Origin: an uncultured Methylomirabilota bacterium
GTDB taxonomy: Bacteria > Methylomirabilota > Methylomirabilia > Methylomirabilales > 2-02-FULL-66-22
NCBI GenBank assembly: GCA_963845565.1
Contig: CAWJSJ010000002.1
Location: 896,001 to 960,000 of the forward strand
DNA: 64,000 bases
Direction of reading: 5' to 3'
Shown here: in pieces, positions 34,483-44,583 of the stretch
Numbering within the stretch: position 1 is the first letter of the stretch
How the letters are laid out: every line of letters begins with the position of its first letter
Translations under genes and position numbers: made by a program
The notes under the pieces: model-generated
Databases searched by the model: none
Told to the model about the DNA's origin: nothing
Seen by the model: the letters and a program-made list of their open reading frames with translations, nothing else

Positions 34483-34782
34483 GTGAGCGCGGTGCCCATC
34501 GAGATTCTCAATGTCGGGTTCGGCAACGTCGTCCTCGGCGCCCGGATCGTGGCGATCCTGAGCGCGCGGTCCTCCAAGGACTCGAAGGCCGTGTTCTCGG
34601 AGCCGATGAAGCGGCTGCGGGATGACGCGAAGGCGGCAGGGCGGCTGGTGGACGCCACCTGCGGCCGCCGGACCCAGACCCTGATCGTGACCGACAGCGG
34701 CCACGTGGTCCTGTCCGCCGTCCAGTCCGGTACGCTGGCCCAGCGGCTCGGCGGATCCGAGGAGGCTCGAGCCGTTCCGTGA
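34483..34782 (+). CDS. remA: RemA/DUF370-family regulator
   Basis: NVGFGN, DATCGRRT and DSGHVVLSA. Conserved yicC-remA-gmk-rpoZ order. Confidence 0.88.
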   Translation: MSAVPIEILNVGFGNVVLGARIVAILSARSSKDSKAVFSEPMKRLRDDAKAAGRLVDATCGRRTQTLIVTDSGHVVLSAVQSGTLAQRLGGSEEARAVP

Positions 34783-35414
34783 GTCCGTCCGACGCAGTCC
34801 TCGCCGGTCCCGGAACCGCCTCGCGGCGGATGTTACTGGTGGTGTCGGCGCCGTCCGGAGCCGGGAAGACCTCCCTGTGCGAGTGGGCGGTGTCGGCGGT
34901 CCCGGACCTGGTCCACTCGGTCTCGCACACGACGCGGGCGCCTCGGCCCCACGAGGTCGCGGGCCGCGACTATCACTTCGTGGACGTGCCGACCTTCCGG
35001 GCCATGGTGGAGCGGGGCGAGTTCGCGGAATGGGCCGAGGTGTACGGCAACCTGTACGGAACCTCGCAGGCCGTCCTGGAGGAATACTTCGCGGCGGGCC
35101 GGGACGCGATTCTGGACATCGATACCCGCGGAGCGTCGATCCTGCGGGCCAGCCACCCGGCGGGGGTGTTCGTTTTCATCGTCCCCCCGTCCTGGGCGGT
35201 TCTGGAACAGCGGCTGCGGTTGCGGCACAGCGACGCCGAAGCGGACATCCGGCGGCGCCTGGCTCGTGCGCGGGAGGAGGTCCGGCATTACGCGGAGTAT
35301 CAGTACGTCATCGTGAACGATGACTTCGCCCGGGCCGCCGAGGAGTTGCGGGCCATCATTCTGGCCGAGCGCCGGCGGAGCACCCGGGTCGAGATGGGGT
35401 TCTTGGAGACCTGA
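34779..35414 (+). CDS. gmk: Guanylate kinase
   Basis: SAPSGAGKT, SHTTRAPR..E..GRDYHF and NLYGT. Confidence 0.97.
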   Translation: MSPSDAVLAGPGTASRRMLLVVSAPSGAGKTSLCEWAVSAVPDLVHSVSHTTRAPRPHEVAGRDYHFVDVPTFRAMVERGEFAEWAEVYGNLYGTSQAVLEEYFAAGRDAILDIDTRGASILRASHPAGVFVFIVPPSWAVLEQRLRLRHSDAEADIRRRLARAREEVRHYAEYQYVIVNDDFARAAEELRAIILAERRRSTRVEMGFLET

Positions 35415-35456
35415 GCCGGCGCGTCAGCGCAGGATCGGGTAGAGAGGAGACGGGGG

Positions 35457-35903
35457 ATGGCACAGGTGCCGATCGAGGACATCATGGAGCACGTGGACAG
35501 CAAGTACCGGCTGGTGATCGTGGCCGCCAAGCGGGCGAAGCAGCTCAACCGGGGCGCCGTCGGGTTGACCCAACCGCGCAGCCTCAAGCCGACATATCAG
35601 GCGCTGGAAGAGATGGCCACCGGCAAGCTCGGCTACGAGGTGGAAAACCTGGCCGGCGAAGCGGCACGCGAGGTCGAACCCGGGGCGAAGCCGACCTGGT
35701 ATCGCAGTCTGAGCGCTGAAGAGGTGGTGCCGGACGAGGCGGTGGCCGAGGCCGAGGAGCAGTTCGAGGAAGAGGAGGCCCCGGCGGAGGCCCCGATCGC
35801 CGGCGCCGCGGCCGAGGACCTGCTCATGAACGAGTTCGAGGAGGAGAGCCTGGAAGAGCTGGGCGACCTCGAGGTGATCGAGCCCGAAGACAGGGAAGAA
35901 TAG
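35457..35903 (+). CDS. rpoZ: RNA polymerase omega subunit with long acidic C-terminal extension
   Basis: [26 protein letters not shown], directly after gmk. Confidence 0.92.
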   Translation: MAQVPIEDIMEHVDSKYRLVIVAAKRAKQLNRGAVGLTQPRSLKPTYQALEEMATGKLGYEVENLAGEAAREVEPGAKPTWYRSLSAEEVVPDEAVAEAEEQFEEEEAPAEAPIAGAAAEDLLMNEFEEESLEELGDLEVIEPEDREE

Positions 35904-35924
35904 GCCCGGAACGGCAGGTGACCC

Positions 35925-36599
35925 GTGATCCCCATCCTGTCCGTGGTTGGCCGGTCCAACAGCGGGAAGACCACGCTGCTGGAAAAACTGATCCGAGAGC
36001 TGGCGCGACGCGGGCGGCACGTCGGGACGATCAAGCACCACTTCCATGGCCCCGTGACGGTGGACGTCCCGGGGAAGGATTCCTGGCGGCACCGAGAGGC
36101 CGGGGCGCGGGCGGTCGCCCTGGTTTCGCCCGAGACGTTCTTCGTCGTTCGCGACACCCCGGGGGGACTCTCCCCGGAGGCCATCGCCCATCTGACGATG
36201 TTCGGGATGGATCTCGTCCTCACCGAGGGATTCAAATCCGGCGCCCTGCCCAAGATCGAAGTCAACCGACAGGCCCAGCAGTCCCCCCTCCTGTGCGGCC
36301 CGGCGGATCGCCTGGTGGCGGTGGCCGCGGATTGGGACACCGGGGCGCCCGTGCCGCACTTCGGGCTGGAAGAGATCGCTCCCCTGGCCGATTTCGTCGA
36401 GCGCGAGTATCCGGCACCCAGCGCCGGCCCGGCGCCGGAGCTGCTCGTCGGCGGACGCCGGGTCGCCCTGAATGCCGAGGCCGCGCAGGCGCTGGGCCGC
36501 GCGGTTCACGACCTGGTCGGAGACTCCCAGGACCTGTCCGACGGGCCGACGATAGAGCTGCGAATCCCCGGCCGGTCAGGGCACCTCGCGCGGCCATGA
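35925..36599 (+). CDS. mobB: Molybdopterin-guanine dinucleotide biosynthesis protein B
   Basis: GRSNSGKTT, IKHH, GKDSWRH..AGA and EGFK..PKIEV. Confidence 0.92.
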   Translation: MIPILSVVGRSNSGKTTLLEKLIRELARRGRHVGTIKHHFHGPVTVDVPGKDSWRHREAGARAVALVSPETFFVVRDTPGGLSPEAIAHLTMFGMDLVLTEGFKSGALPKIEVNRQAQQSPLLCGPADRLVAVAADWDTGAPVPHFGLEEIAPLADFVEREYPAPSAGPAPELLVGGRRVALNAEAAQALGRAVHDLVGDSQDLSDGPTIELRIPGRSGHLARP

Positions 36600-37201
36600 C
36601 CGGGGCGATCCTGGCGGGCGGCCGCTCGCAGCGGATGGGCCGCGACAAGGGGTTGCTGTCGGTCGGTGGTCGCACGCTCATCCAGGTCGCGCTGGACACG
36701 ATCCGTCCGCTGTTCCCGCACGTCCTGATCGTCGCCAACGATCCGGTTGCGTACGGATCCTTCGGGGTTCCGGTGGAGCGCGATCGCATCCCGGACCAGG
36801 GTCCCCTGGGCGGCATTCACGCCGCCCTCTCCGCGAGCCGCACGGACCACACCTTCTGCCTCGCCTGCGACATGCCCTTGGCGAACCCTGCGGTGATCGA
36901 GCATCTGTGCGCGCTCGCGCCGGGACACGACGTCGTGGTGCCGGTCACCGCCGCCGGCTTTGAGCCACTGCACGCGGTCTACGGCCGATCCTGTCTGCCG
37001 CATCTCGAGCGGATGTTGCGGGACGGCCGCCTCCGCGTGGATACGCTGTTCTCGGCCGTGCGGACGCATCGGGTCGGGACGGAGGCGCTGCGCGCGCTGG
37101 ACCCGACATTCCAATCCTTCTTCAACGTGAACACTCCGGCGGATCTGGAGACCGCCCGCGGAATCCTCGACCGCGGTGGGGAGGCGCCATGCGCATCCTG
37201 A
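36596..37201 (+). CDS. mobA: Molybdenum cofactor guanylyltransferase
   Basis: ILAGGRSQRMGRDK, GPLGGI, ACDMP and FNVNTPADL. Confidence 0.93.
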   Translation: MTGAILAGGRSQRMGRDKGLLSVGGRTLIQVALDTIRPLFPHVLIVANDPVAYGSFGVPVERDRIPDQGPLGGIHAALSASRTDHTFCLACDMPLANPAVIEHLCALAPGHDVVVPVTAAGFEPLHAVYGRSCLPHLERMLRDGRLRVDTLFSAVRTHRVGTEALRALDPTFQSFFNVNTPADLETARGILDRGGEAPCAS

Positions 37202-38460
37202 GGGCCCGCTGGCTCTTCCCCGTCGCCACGCCCCCGATCGCAGACGGGGCGGTGGCGGTCGAGGCCGGCCGGATCGTCGGCGTGGGCGCGCGGGCGGACG
37301 TGGAAGCGGCCTGGCCCGACGCGCCGGGGTGGGACCTGGGGGACACGGCGCTCCTGCCCGGCCTGGTGAACTGCCACACGCATCTGGAGATCGGCCCCCT
37401 CCCGCCGGAGGCATCGCCGGAATCGTTTGTGCCCTGGGTGGTCCGTCTGATCGAGGCCCGGCGGGCGACGTCGGACACGGCGCAGGCGCGGACGGCGGAG
37501 GCAGGCGTGCAGGCGCTGCTGCGATCCGGCACGACGGCGGTGGGCGAGGTGAGCACGGCGGGGCAGAGCCTGTTGCCGCTCCTCCGGGCAGGGCTGCGAG
37601 GGGTGGTCTACCGAGAGGTCCTGGGCCTGGCGCCGGAGGCCGCGGCGGACCGGCTGGCGGGCGCCCGGGCCGACACGCAGGCCATGCGGGCAACCGCAGA
37701 CGGGAGCCTTCTTACCATCGGGCTCTCGCCGCATAGCCCCTACGCCCTCTCGGAGGAGCTCCTCCGCGGCTGCGCCGGACTGGTGGCGCGGACCGGTGTC
37801 GCCCCGGCGATCCACGCTGCGGAATCGCCGGAGGAGTCGGAGTTTCTGACGACGGGCGAGGGGCCGATCCTCCGGTCCCTCTACCCGGCCGTCGGGTGTC
37901 TCGACCCGCCGCCCCGCGGCCGCGCCCGGAGCGTCGTGGCCTACCTGGCCGGCCTGGGCGTCCTGGCGTGGCGGCCGCTCCTCGTCCACGCGGTGCACGT
38001 GGACGAGGCCGACTGCCGGACGATGACCCGTGGCGGCGTCCGGGTGGCGCATTGCCCGCGGAGCAACGCGCGGCTGTCGCGCGGGGTGGCACCGGTCCCG
38101 CGCCTGCTGGAACACGGCATCCCGGTGGGGCTCGGGACCGATTCTCTGGCCAGCGCATCCAGCCTGGACTTGTGGGACGAGATGCGCGCGGCCCTGGCGG
38201 CGCACGCGGGCCGGCTGGACCCGTCGGCCGCACTGGAGATGGGGACGTTGGGCGGGGCGCGGGCCCTCGGCATGGCGGATCGGGTGGGGAGCCTGGAGGC
38301 GGGCAAGGACGCCGACCTCATCGCCGTGGCTGCCAGGGGCGTCCGCGCGGCCGATCCGGTCGGGTCGCTGGTGGCGGAGGTGCAGGGAGAGGATGTGCTC
38401 CTCTCCCTGATCGCCGGGGAGATCCGGTACAACCGCACCGAGGTGGTTGCATGCGCCTGA
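37189..38460 (+). CDS. Amidohydrolase, probably aminodeoxyfutalosine deaminase
   Basis: PGLVNCHTHLE, PHSPY, HAAES, HCPRSN and GTDSLAS. Adjacent to mqnA. Specificity is inferred. Confidence 0.8.
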   Translation: MRILRARWLFPVATPPIADGAVAVEAGRIVGVGARADVEAAWPDAPGWDLGDTALLPGLVNCHTHLEIGPLPPEASPESFVPWVVRLIEARRATSDTAQARTAEAGVQALLRSGTTAVGEVSTAGQSLLPLLRAGLRGVVYREVLGLAPEAAADRLAGARADTQAMRATADGSLLTIGLSPHSPYALSEELLRGCAGLVARTGVAPAIHAAESPEESEFLTTGEGPILRSLYPAVGCLDPPPRGRARSVVAYLAGLGVLAWRPLLVHAVHVDEADCRTMTRGGVRVAHCPRSNARLSRGVAPVPRLLEHGIPVGLGTDSLASASSLDLWDEMRAALAAHAGRLDPSAALEMGTLGGARALGMADRVGSLEAGKDADLIAVAARGVRAADPVGSLVAEVQGEDVLLSLIAGEIRYNRTEVVACA

Positions 38461-39257
38461 AGCTGGGTCGCGTTCGCTACATCAACTGTGAGCCGGTGTA
38501 CCATGCCCTGGAGCACGGGCCGGTGTCCGCCGACTGCGACATCACCGATGGGACGCCGGCGGACCTGAACGCCCGCCTGCGAGCCGGCGACCTGGACGTC
38601 TCGGTCGTCTCGGCGATGGAGCCGGCGCTCCGGCCGGAGGCCTACCGGCTTCTTCCCGACCTGGCGATCGCCTGTGACGGCCCGGTGGAAAGCGTGCTCC
38701 TGGTGAGTCGGCGCCCGCCCGAGGAGCTGGACGGGCGACTGGTGGCCCTGAGCCGCCATTCGCTCACCTCGGTGTACCTGGTGAAGCTTCTGCTGGAGAA
38801 GGCCTACCGGGTGCGCCCGCGGTATGTCCAGGACGACCGGGCCGCCGAGGCGGAGGCACGGCTCGTCATCGGGGACGAGGCGCTCCGCCTGGGCCCGCAA
38901 TTCCCCCACAGCGTGGACCTGGGCGCCGCGTGGTACACACTCACCGGGTTGCCGTTCGTCTTCGCGGTCTGGGCGGTGCGCAGGGAGGTCTGGGCCTCGG
39001 CCGCGCCGGCGGTCCGCGCGGTCCACGGCGCGCTCTTGGCGGCCAAGGCGCATACCCGGATGCACCCCGAGACGATGCTGGCCCTGGCGCAGGCGCGTGT
39101 CGGCCTGCCGGCCGACGCGTGTCGGCGCTATCTCCGCGAGCGGCTCTGTTTCGACCTCGGGCCGCGCCATCTGGAGGGGCTGCGGACGTTCCTGGCAATG
39201 CTGACGGAGGCCGGGGTGCTGGCGCAGGCGCCCCGGCTGCAGTTCATCGAGACCTGA
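38451..39257 (+). CDS. mqnA: Chorismate dehydratase (futalosine pathway)
   Basis: YINCEP, IACDGPVESV, SLTSV, IGDEAL, DLGAAW and TGLPFVFAVW. Confidence 0.9.
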   Translation: MRLKLGRVRYINCEPVYHALEHGPVSADCDITDGTPADLNARLRAGDLDVSVVSAMEPALRPEAYRLLPDLAIACDGPVESVLLVSRRPPEELDGRLVALSRHSLTSVYLVKLLLEKAYRVRPRYVQDDRAAEAEARLVIGDEALRLGPQFPHSVDLGAAWYTLTGLPFVFAVWAVRREVWASAAPAVRAVHGALLAAKAHTRMHPETMLALAQARVGLPADACRRYLRERLCFDLGPRHLEGLRTFLAMLTEAGVLAQAPRLQFIET

Positions 39258-39269
39258 AACCCGAGGAGG

Positions 39270-40091
39270 ATGCCCGTGGCCGACGCGGATCTCCGCTTCA
39301 TTCACGTGTCCGACTTGCACATCCTGGGCGATGGGGAGCGGCGGCAGCACGGGGTGGACACGGGCGCCGTGCTCCGGCAGGCGATCCCCATGATCAACCG
39401 GTTGCGGCCGGACTTCGTCGTGGCCGGCGGGGACCTGGTCGGCGACGAGTCGGTGGAGTCGTATCGGCGGCTCCAGGCGCTGCTCCAGCCGCTGGAGGCG
39501 CCGATCCATCTGGGGATGGGGAATCACGATTCGCGCGGCGCCTTCCGGCGGGTCTTCCAGCCGAAAGCCCCCGCCACGGCCGACCCGGTCTGCGAGGCGT
39601 TCGAGCAGGGAGGAATGCGGTTTCTCCTCCTGGATTCGACACTGCCCGGAAAGGAGGAAGGGCGACTCCCTCCGGAACAGCTCGACTGGTTGGAGGCAGA
39701 GCTCGCCGATCACCCCGCGCGGCCGACCTGGGTCTTCCTCCACCATCAGCCGTTGCCGATCTTCATCCGCTGGCTGGATCGGATCGGCCTGCAGAATCCC
39801 GACCCGTTCCTCGCCATCCTGGCCCGGCACCCGCAGGTGCAGGGCGTGGCCTACGGTCACGTCCATCAGGCGCGGTGCTGGCGTCATGGCAAGATCCTCT
39901 TCGTCGGCACGCCCGCCCTGGCGTTCCAGTTCTCGGCCATCAACCAGGAGATGGAGATCGCGCAGGAATCGCCGGGGTTCCGGCTGGTGGAGGTGGTTGG
40001 CCGGGACACCCGCCAGTGGCTGCACTACCTGGACGGCCGTGTGGTGCCGGAACCCCAGCTGAAGGCCCTCCCCGTCTATGTGCGGGGATAA
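39270..40091 (+). CDS. Icc/CpdA-like metallophosphoesterase
   Basis: SDLH, GDL, GNHD, HHQP and GHVH. Confidence 0.85.
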   Translation: MPVADADLRFIHVSDLHILGDGERRQHGVDTGAVLRQAIPMINRLRPDFVVAGGDLVGDESVESYRRLQALLQPLEAPIHLGMGNHDSRGAFRRVFQPKAPATADPVCEAFEQGGMRFLLLDSTLPGKEEGRLPPEQLDWLEAELADHPARPTWVFLHHQPLPIFIRWLDRIGLQNPDPFLAILARHPQVQGVAYGHVHQARCWRHGKILFVGTPALAFQFSAINQEMEIAQESPGFRLVEVVGRDTRQWLHYLDGRVVPEPQLKALPVYVRG

Positions 40092-40193
40092 GCCGTTGTC
40101 AAAGAATACGGTGACCAGGGAAATTCTGGAAACGGCATAAGGAGCCGTAACGAAATTATCAAGACGATCAAGTGATTTCGTAACGGCTCCTAA
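40089..40193 (+). mobile_element. 105-bp element family A, copy 2 (different spacers)
   Basis: Same arms as 26836-26940. Its first TAA is the stop of the upstream gene. Confidence 0.85.
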
Positions 40194-40227
40194 GGGCGGG
40201 ACGCGCGCGAGAGACAAGGAGACGGCG

Positions 40228-41250
40228 ATGCGCGAAGGCCTTTTCAGGTACCTGCCGGGACTTGCCATGGTCGCGGCGATCGGCGCCCCCGCGCTGATGC
40301 TGCAGAGCCGGCTCACGGTCAGCGGCAAGACGGTGGTGAGCGCGGTGGCGGTGGCGATCGTCCTGGGGGTGCTGATCCGAAATCTCTGGGGGCTCGCCGA
40401 GGCGTGCAAGCCGGGTGTGAGCTTCGCCGTCAAGCGGCTGCTCCGGGTCGGCATTGCCCTCCTCGGGGCGCAGTTGAGCCTGGGCCAAGTGCTGCGGACC
40501 GGGGCCACGGCAGTGCTCGTGGTCGCGATCTGCATCGTCCTGGCGATCCTGGTGGTCCGGTTCCTGAGCACCCGCATGGGTCTGTCGGACCGGCTCGGGA
40601 CGCTGCTGGGCGTCGGCACGTCCATCTGCGGCGTGTCCGCCATCGTGGCCACCGCCCCGGCGATCGAGGCCAAGCAGGAAGAGACCTCGATGGCCGTGGC
40701 CACCATCACCGTCTTCGGCCTCCTGGCGGTGGTCGTCTATCCGCTCCTCGGGAGAGCGCTCGGCCTCTCGGATGTCGTCTTCGGGACCTGGGCCGGCACG
40801 GCGGTCAACGATACCAGCCAGGTGATCGCCGCGGGGCTGATCTACAGCCAGACGGCCGGCGAGGTTGCGACGGTCGTGAAGCTCACCCGCAATCTCTTCA
40901 TGGCGCCGGTGATCGTCGTGCTGAGCTCCTGGTATCTTCGGAAGGGTCAGGGGTCAGGTGTCAGAAGTCCGAAGGGGATCTCGCTGAAAAACGTGGTGCC
41001 GGGGTTCGTCCTGGGGTTCGTGGCCATGGCAGTCCTGAATTCGCTCGGGATCTTCCCGCCGATGGCCCTGGACCTCATCAGGACCGCGTCGTCCTGGCTC
41101 ATCGTCGTCGCCCTGGCCGGGGTCGGCCTGGAGACCAACCTGGCGAGCCTCAAGGCCATCGGGTTTCGGCCGTTCTACGCGGGGCTCTGCGCCGCGAGTT
41201 TCATGGCCGCGGTGAGCTTTGGCCTCATCTCGTTGTTCGGGATCGGTTAA
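40228..41250 (+). CDS. YeiH/UPF0324 (putative sulfate exporter) membrane protein
   Basis: GTSICGVSAI, WAGTAVNDTSQV and VKLTR. Confidence 0.9.
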   Translation: MREGLFRYLPGLAMVAAIGAPALMLQSRLTVSGKTVVSAVAVAIVLGVLIRNLWGLAEACKPGVSFAVKRLLRVGIALLGAQLSLGQVLRTGATAVLVVAICIVLAILVVRFLSTRMGLSDRLGTLLGVGTSICGVSAIVATAPAIEAKQEETSMAVATITVFGLLAVVVYPLLGRALGLSDVVFGTWAGTAVNDTSQVIAAGLIYSQTAGEVATVVKLTRNLFMAPVIVVLSSWYLRKGQGSGVRSPKGISLKNVVPGFVLGFVAMAVLNSLGIFPPMALDLIRTASSWLIVVALAGVGLETNLASLKAIGFRPFYAGLCAASFMAAVSFGLISLFGIG

Positions 41251-41377
41251 GCGAACGCGAGCCGCCACTCGCCAAGGTTCGAATCGCTGAGCCGTTGGTC
41301 TGTTTAGCTTGACCCCATTCTGCAGCCTTGCTATACAAGACAGATTGCAGCGAATGCCTACAAAAGGAGGTACGATC

Positions 41378-42388
41378 ATGACAGGACGACGGTTGTATGG
41401 CGTTGTGGTCCTCTTCGCGGTCATTCTGGTGGCCGCGGCGCCCGTCTTGGCCGCGGACTGGAAACCCACCAAGCCGATTCGGATCATCGTTCCGTGGGGG
41501 GCTGGCGGGTCCACCGACCAGGCCATCCGGGCCGTCACGGGGGACCTGGAGCAGGCCTTGGGGCAGAGCGTGGTAGTGGTGAACCAGCCGGGCGGCGGCG
41601 GGGCCATCGGCACCAAAGGCGCCCTGGACGCCCCGTGCGACGGGTATACCTGGGCCTCCGGAGCAGTCAAGGATCTGGGGACGTACATCATCACCGGCAC
41701 GCTGAATACCAAGGTGCAGGACTGGCACATTTACCTGAACACGGCCAATGCCACCGTGGTCTCGGTGACGCCGAATTACCCCCTCAAGGACTTCGCCGAG
41801 TTCCTGGAGATGATGAAGAAGAATCCCAAGGCGCTGTCCGTGGCCATCGCCGGTATCCCGTCGGCGGGCCACACCGCCATCGAGGCCATCAAGCTGGCAA
41901 ACGGCGGTGACTACAAGCCGGTGAGCTACGACGGGGGCAACCCCGCCGTGATCTCCACCGTGGCCGGCGAGACCATGGCCACCCCGCAGCTCCTGAGCGA
42001 GCAGATCGAGATGATCCGGGCCAAGAGGCTCCGCCCGTTGGCGGCGCTCACGCCCGAGGACCTTGAGATCGAGGGCTACGGGAAGGTGCCGTCGATCCGC
42101 AAGTGGCTGCCCAAGGTGGCGGCGGATCCGATCTACTTCGGCATCTGGATTCCCAAGTGCGCCCCCAAGGAGGTCGTGGAGACGATGAACAAGGTCTGGA
42201 AGGAGAAGGTGGCGACTTCCAAGGCGCTCAAGAGCTTCGCCACCCTGCGCGGCCAGATCGTGAGCCCCTACTACGGCGAGGACGCCGTGAAGCGCTCCAT
42301 GCCCACGATCGTGAACGCGGCGTGGGCCCTCCAGGACGGCGGCAGGGCCAAGGTGAATCCCGCCTCGGTCGGAATGCCGAAGCCTTAA
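41378..42388 (+). CDS. tctC: Tripartite tricarboxylate transporter binding protein (TctC/Bug) 1
   Basis: Signal peptide, PTKPIRIIVPWGAGGSTD, NQPGGGGAIG and YDGGNPA. Confidence 0.9.
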   Translation: MTGRRLYGVVVLFAVILVAAAPVLAADWKPTKPIRIIVPWGAGGSTDQAIRAVTGDLEQALGQSVVVVNQPGGGGAIGTKGALDAPCDGYTWASGAVKDLGTYIITGTLNTKVQDWHIYLNTANATVVSVTPNYPLKDFAEFLEMMKKNPKALSVAIAGIPSAGHTAIEAIKLANGGDYKPVSYDGGNPAVISTVAGETMATPQLLSEQIEMIRAKRLRPLAALTPEDLEIEGYGKVPSIRKWLPKVAADPIYFGIWIPKCAPKEVVETMNKVWKEKVATSKALKSFATLRGQIVSPYYGEDAVKRSMPTIVNAAWALQDGGRAKVNPASVGMPKP

Positions 42389-42398
42389 CGAACCAACC

Positions 42399-42429
42399 GG
42401 GGGCGGGTCCGGTTCGCGGATCCGCCCCC
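42399..42429 (+). terminator. Hairpin after tctC1 (mRNA stabiliser or attenuator)
   Basis: GGGGGCGGGTCCG / CGGATCCGCCCCC. Confidence 0.6.
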
Positions 42430-42469
42430 TTGTGTCCTCTGGCCGTCAGAGGATGGCCCGAGTGCATCC

Positions 42470-42970
42470 ATGGTCAGAGCCGATTTCGTCACCGGGATCG
42501 CCCTCATCCTGGGTAGTCTTTACGTCATCTTCGAGTCGTGGCGGATGCCCCGCATGGAGCACCTGGGGGCCCACCCGTTGAGCGTCCCCGGCGTCGTGCC
42601 GGTGTTCCTCGCCGTGGTCCTGATCGTCTCCGGCGGGGTCCTGGTGATGCGCTCTGTCCGGGCGGGAGGCCACCGGCTCGGGCTGTCCATCGCCAAGGCG
42701 AGGGAGGTCCTGGCCGAACCCGGAAACCAGCGTCTTCTGATCACCCTGGTGCTGACCATTGCGTATGCCGGCTTCCTGATCGGCCGCATCCCCTACCAGC
42801 TGGCCACCGGCTTCTTCATCTTTGCCTTTATCGTCCTCTTCGAGTGGGAGTCGGGCCTCACGCCGGCGCGGTATGCCAGGCTGTTAGGGGTCGCAGCACT
42901 CCTGTCCGTGGTGATCACCGGCTTCGTGAGCTGGGCCTTCGAGCGTCTCTTCCTGGTGACGCTGCCGTGA
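42470..42970 (+). CDS. tctB: TctB small membrane subunit 1
   Basis: 4-5 TM, PGVVP and FERLFLVTLP C-terminus. Confidence 0.88.
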   Translation: MVRADFVTGIALILGSLYVIFESWRMPRMEHLGAHPLSVPGVVPVFLAVVLIVSGGVLVMRSVRAGGHRLGLSIAKAREVLAEPGNQRLLITLVLTIAYAGFLIGRIPYQLATGFFIFAFIVLFEWESGLTPARYARLLGVAALLSVVITGFVSWAFERLFLVTLP

Positions 42971-42980
42971 GGGCCCGGCG

Positions 42981-44525
42981 ATGACCGCCATTCTCTTCGA
43001 CAATCTCGGGCAGTTCCTCTCCGCCATCGGCGGCTTCCTCACGCCGCTGGCCCTTTTCCACATGGCGTGGTCCACCCTTTTGGGGATCGTGGTCGGGGCT
43101 CTGCCCGGCCTCACGGCGACCATGGGGGTGGCCCTGGTGACGACGCTCACCTACAAGCTGGAGGCCGACCTCGCGATTCTGATCCTGATGTGCGTCTATG
43201 TCGGGGCCATCTACGGGGGGAGCCGCACGGCGATCCTGATCAACATCCCGGGAACGCCGGCCAACGCCGCCACCACCCTGGATGGTTTCCCGCTGGCCAA
43301 GCAAGGCCTGGCAGGCCGCGCCATGGGGGTGGCCACCTCGGGCTCGGTGCTCGGCAGCGTCATCGGCATGTTCTTCCTGGCAACGCTGGCCCCGCTCCTC
43401 GGAAATTATGCCTTGAAATTCCAGTCCTACGAGTTCTTCTGGCTGGCTATCTTCGGCATCGTGATCTCGGGCCACCTCACCGCCCTACAGGATCCCATCA
43501 AGGGCTGGATCGCCGGCTTCATCGGCCTGATGACCGCGATGGTGGGGCAGGAGGGGATACACGCTTACGAACGGTTCACGTACGGCACAACGGAGTTGAT
43601 GGGCGGCTTCGCCCTCATCCCCGCCATGGTGGGGGCCTTCGGTTTCGCCGAGGTGCTCACGGTGATGCGGGACCCGGCGGCCGAGATGGCCGACAATCCG
43701 CAGGACAGCGTCATCCCGAAGTGGGAAGACATCGTCAAGTACTGGCGGACGATCGTCCGGAGCGGTCTGATCGGGACGGTCATCGGGATCATCCCGGGTG
43801 TCGGGGAGGACATCGGGGCCTGGGTCTCCTACGCCGCCGCCCGCCGCAAGAGCAAGGAGCGGGAGAAGTTCGGCAAGGGCTCGATCGAGGGCCTGATGGC
43901 GGCCGAGACCGGCAACAACGCGGTGGTCCCGGGGGCTATCATCCCTGTCCTTACCCTGGCGATCCCCGGCTCGGCGCCGGCGGCGGTGCTCCTGGCGGCC
44001 ATGTTCATCCACGGGGTACGGCCCGGCCCGATGATCATGGTGGAGTCCCCGCAGTTCGTCTACCAGGTCGTGGCGATGGTCTTCTTCGCCACGCTGGCGA
44101 TGGGCGTCTTCGGGATCCTGCTGACCAAGCCGCTCCTCACGGTGCTGGCCATCCCCCGGACGAAGCTCATGCCGGTGGTCTTCGTCCTCTGCGCCATCGG
44201 CTCCTACGCCATCACCAGCCGGGTCTTCGACATCTGGGTGATGATCGGCTTCGGCCTGCTGGGATTCATCCTGCGAGAGATGAAATACCCCATGGCTCCC
44301 CTGGTTCTCGGGATCATCCTGGGGGATCTCCTGGACAAGAACCTGCGCCGGGGCCTGGTCCTCACCGACGGGGACCTCACGCCGTTCTTCACCCGGCCGA
44401 TCTGCCTGGTGCTATGGTTGATCACGGCGACCTCTATCCTGCTTACCATCGAGCCCGTGCGGCATGCCATGCAGCGCGCTTGGCAAACGGTCTGGCGGCA
44501 GAAGCGGAAGAGAAAAGGATCCTGA
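42981..44525 (+). CDS. tctA: TctA large membrane subunit 1
   Basis: GALPGLTATMG, YGGS..AILINIPGTP, AAETGNNA, IPGS and PLVLGIILG. Confidence 0.93.
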   Translation: MTAILFDNLGQFLSAIGGFLTPLALFHMAWSTLLGIVVGALPGLTATMGVALVTTLTYKLEADLAILILMCVYVGAIYGGSRTAILINIPGTPANAATTLDGFPLAKQGLAGRAMGVATSGSVLGSVIGMFFLATLAPLLGNYALKFQSYEFFWLAIFGIVISGHLTALQDPIKGWIAGFIGLMTAMVGQEGIHAYERFTYGTTELMGGFALIPAMVGAFGFAEVLTVMRDPAAEMADNPQDSVIPKWEDIVKYWRTIVRSGLIGTVIGIIPGVGEDIGAWVSYAAARRKSKEREKFGKGSIEGLMAAETGNNAVVPGAIIPVLTLAIPGSAPAAVLLAAMFIHGVRPGPMIMVESPQFVYQVVAMVFFATLAMGVFGILLTKPLLTVLAIPRTKLMPVVFVLCAIGSYAITSRVFDIWVMIGFGLLGFILREMKYPMAPLVLGIILGDLLDKNLRRGLVLTDGDLTPFFTRPICLVLWLITATSILLTIEPVRHAMQRAWQTVWRQKRKRKGS

Positions 44526-44583
44526 CCGGCGAGTCAACGCCGTGTGCCTCACATTTCTCGGAACTCCTCAAGGAGGAAAAACG

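Noticed and set aside
37941..40709. Long antisense or alternate-frame ORFs (922 aa here, also 20877-23117, 23291-25354, 48829-50748, 52978-55158)
   Set aside because: Shadows of real genes in high-GC DNA with no motifs of their own.
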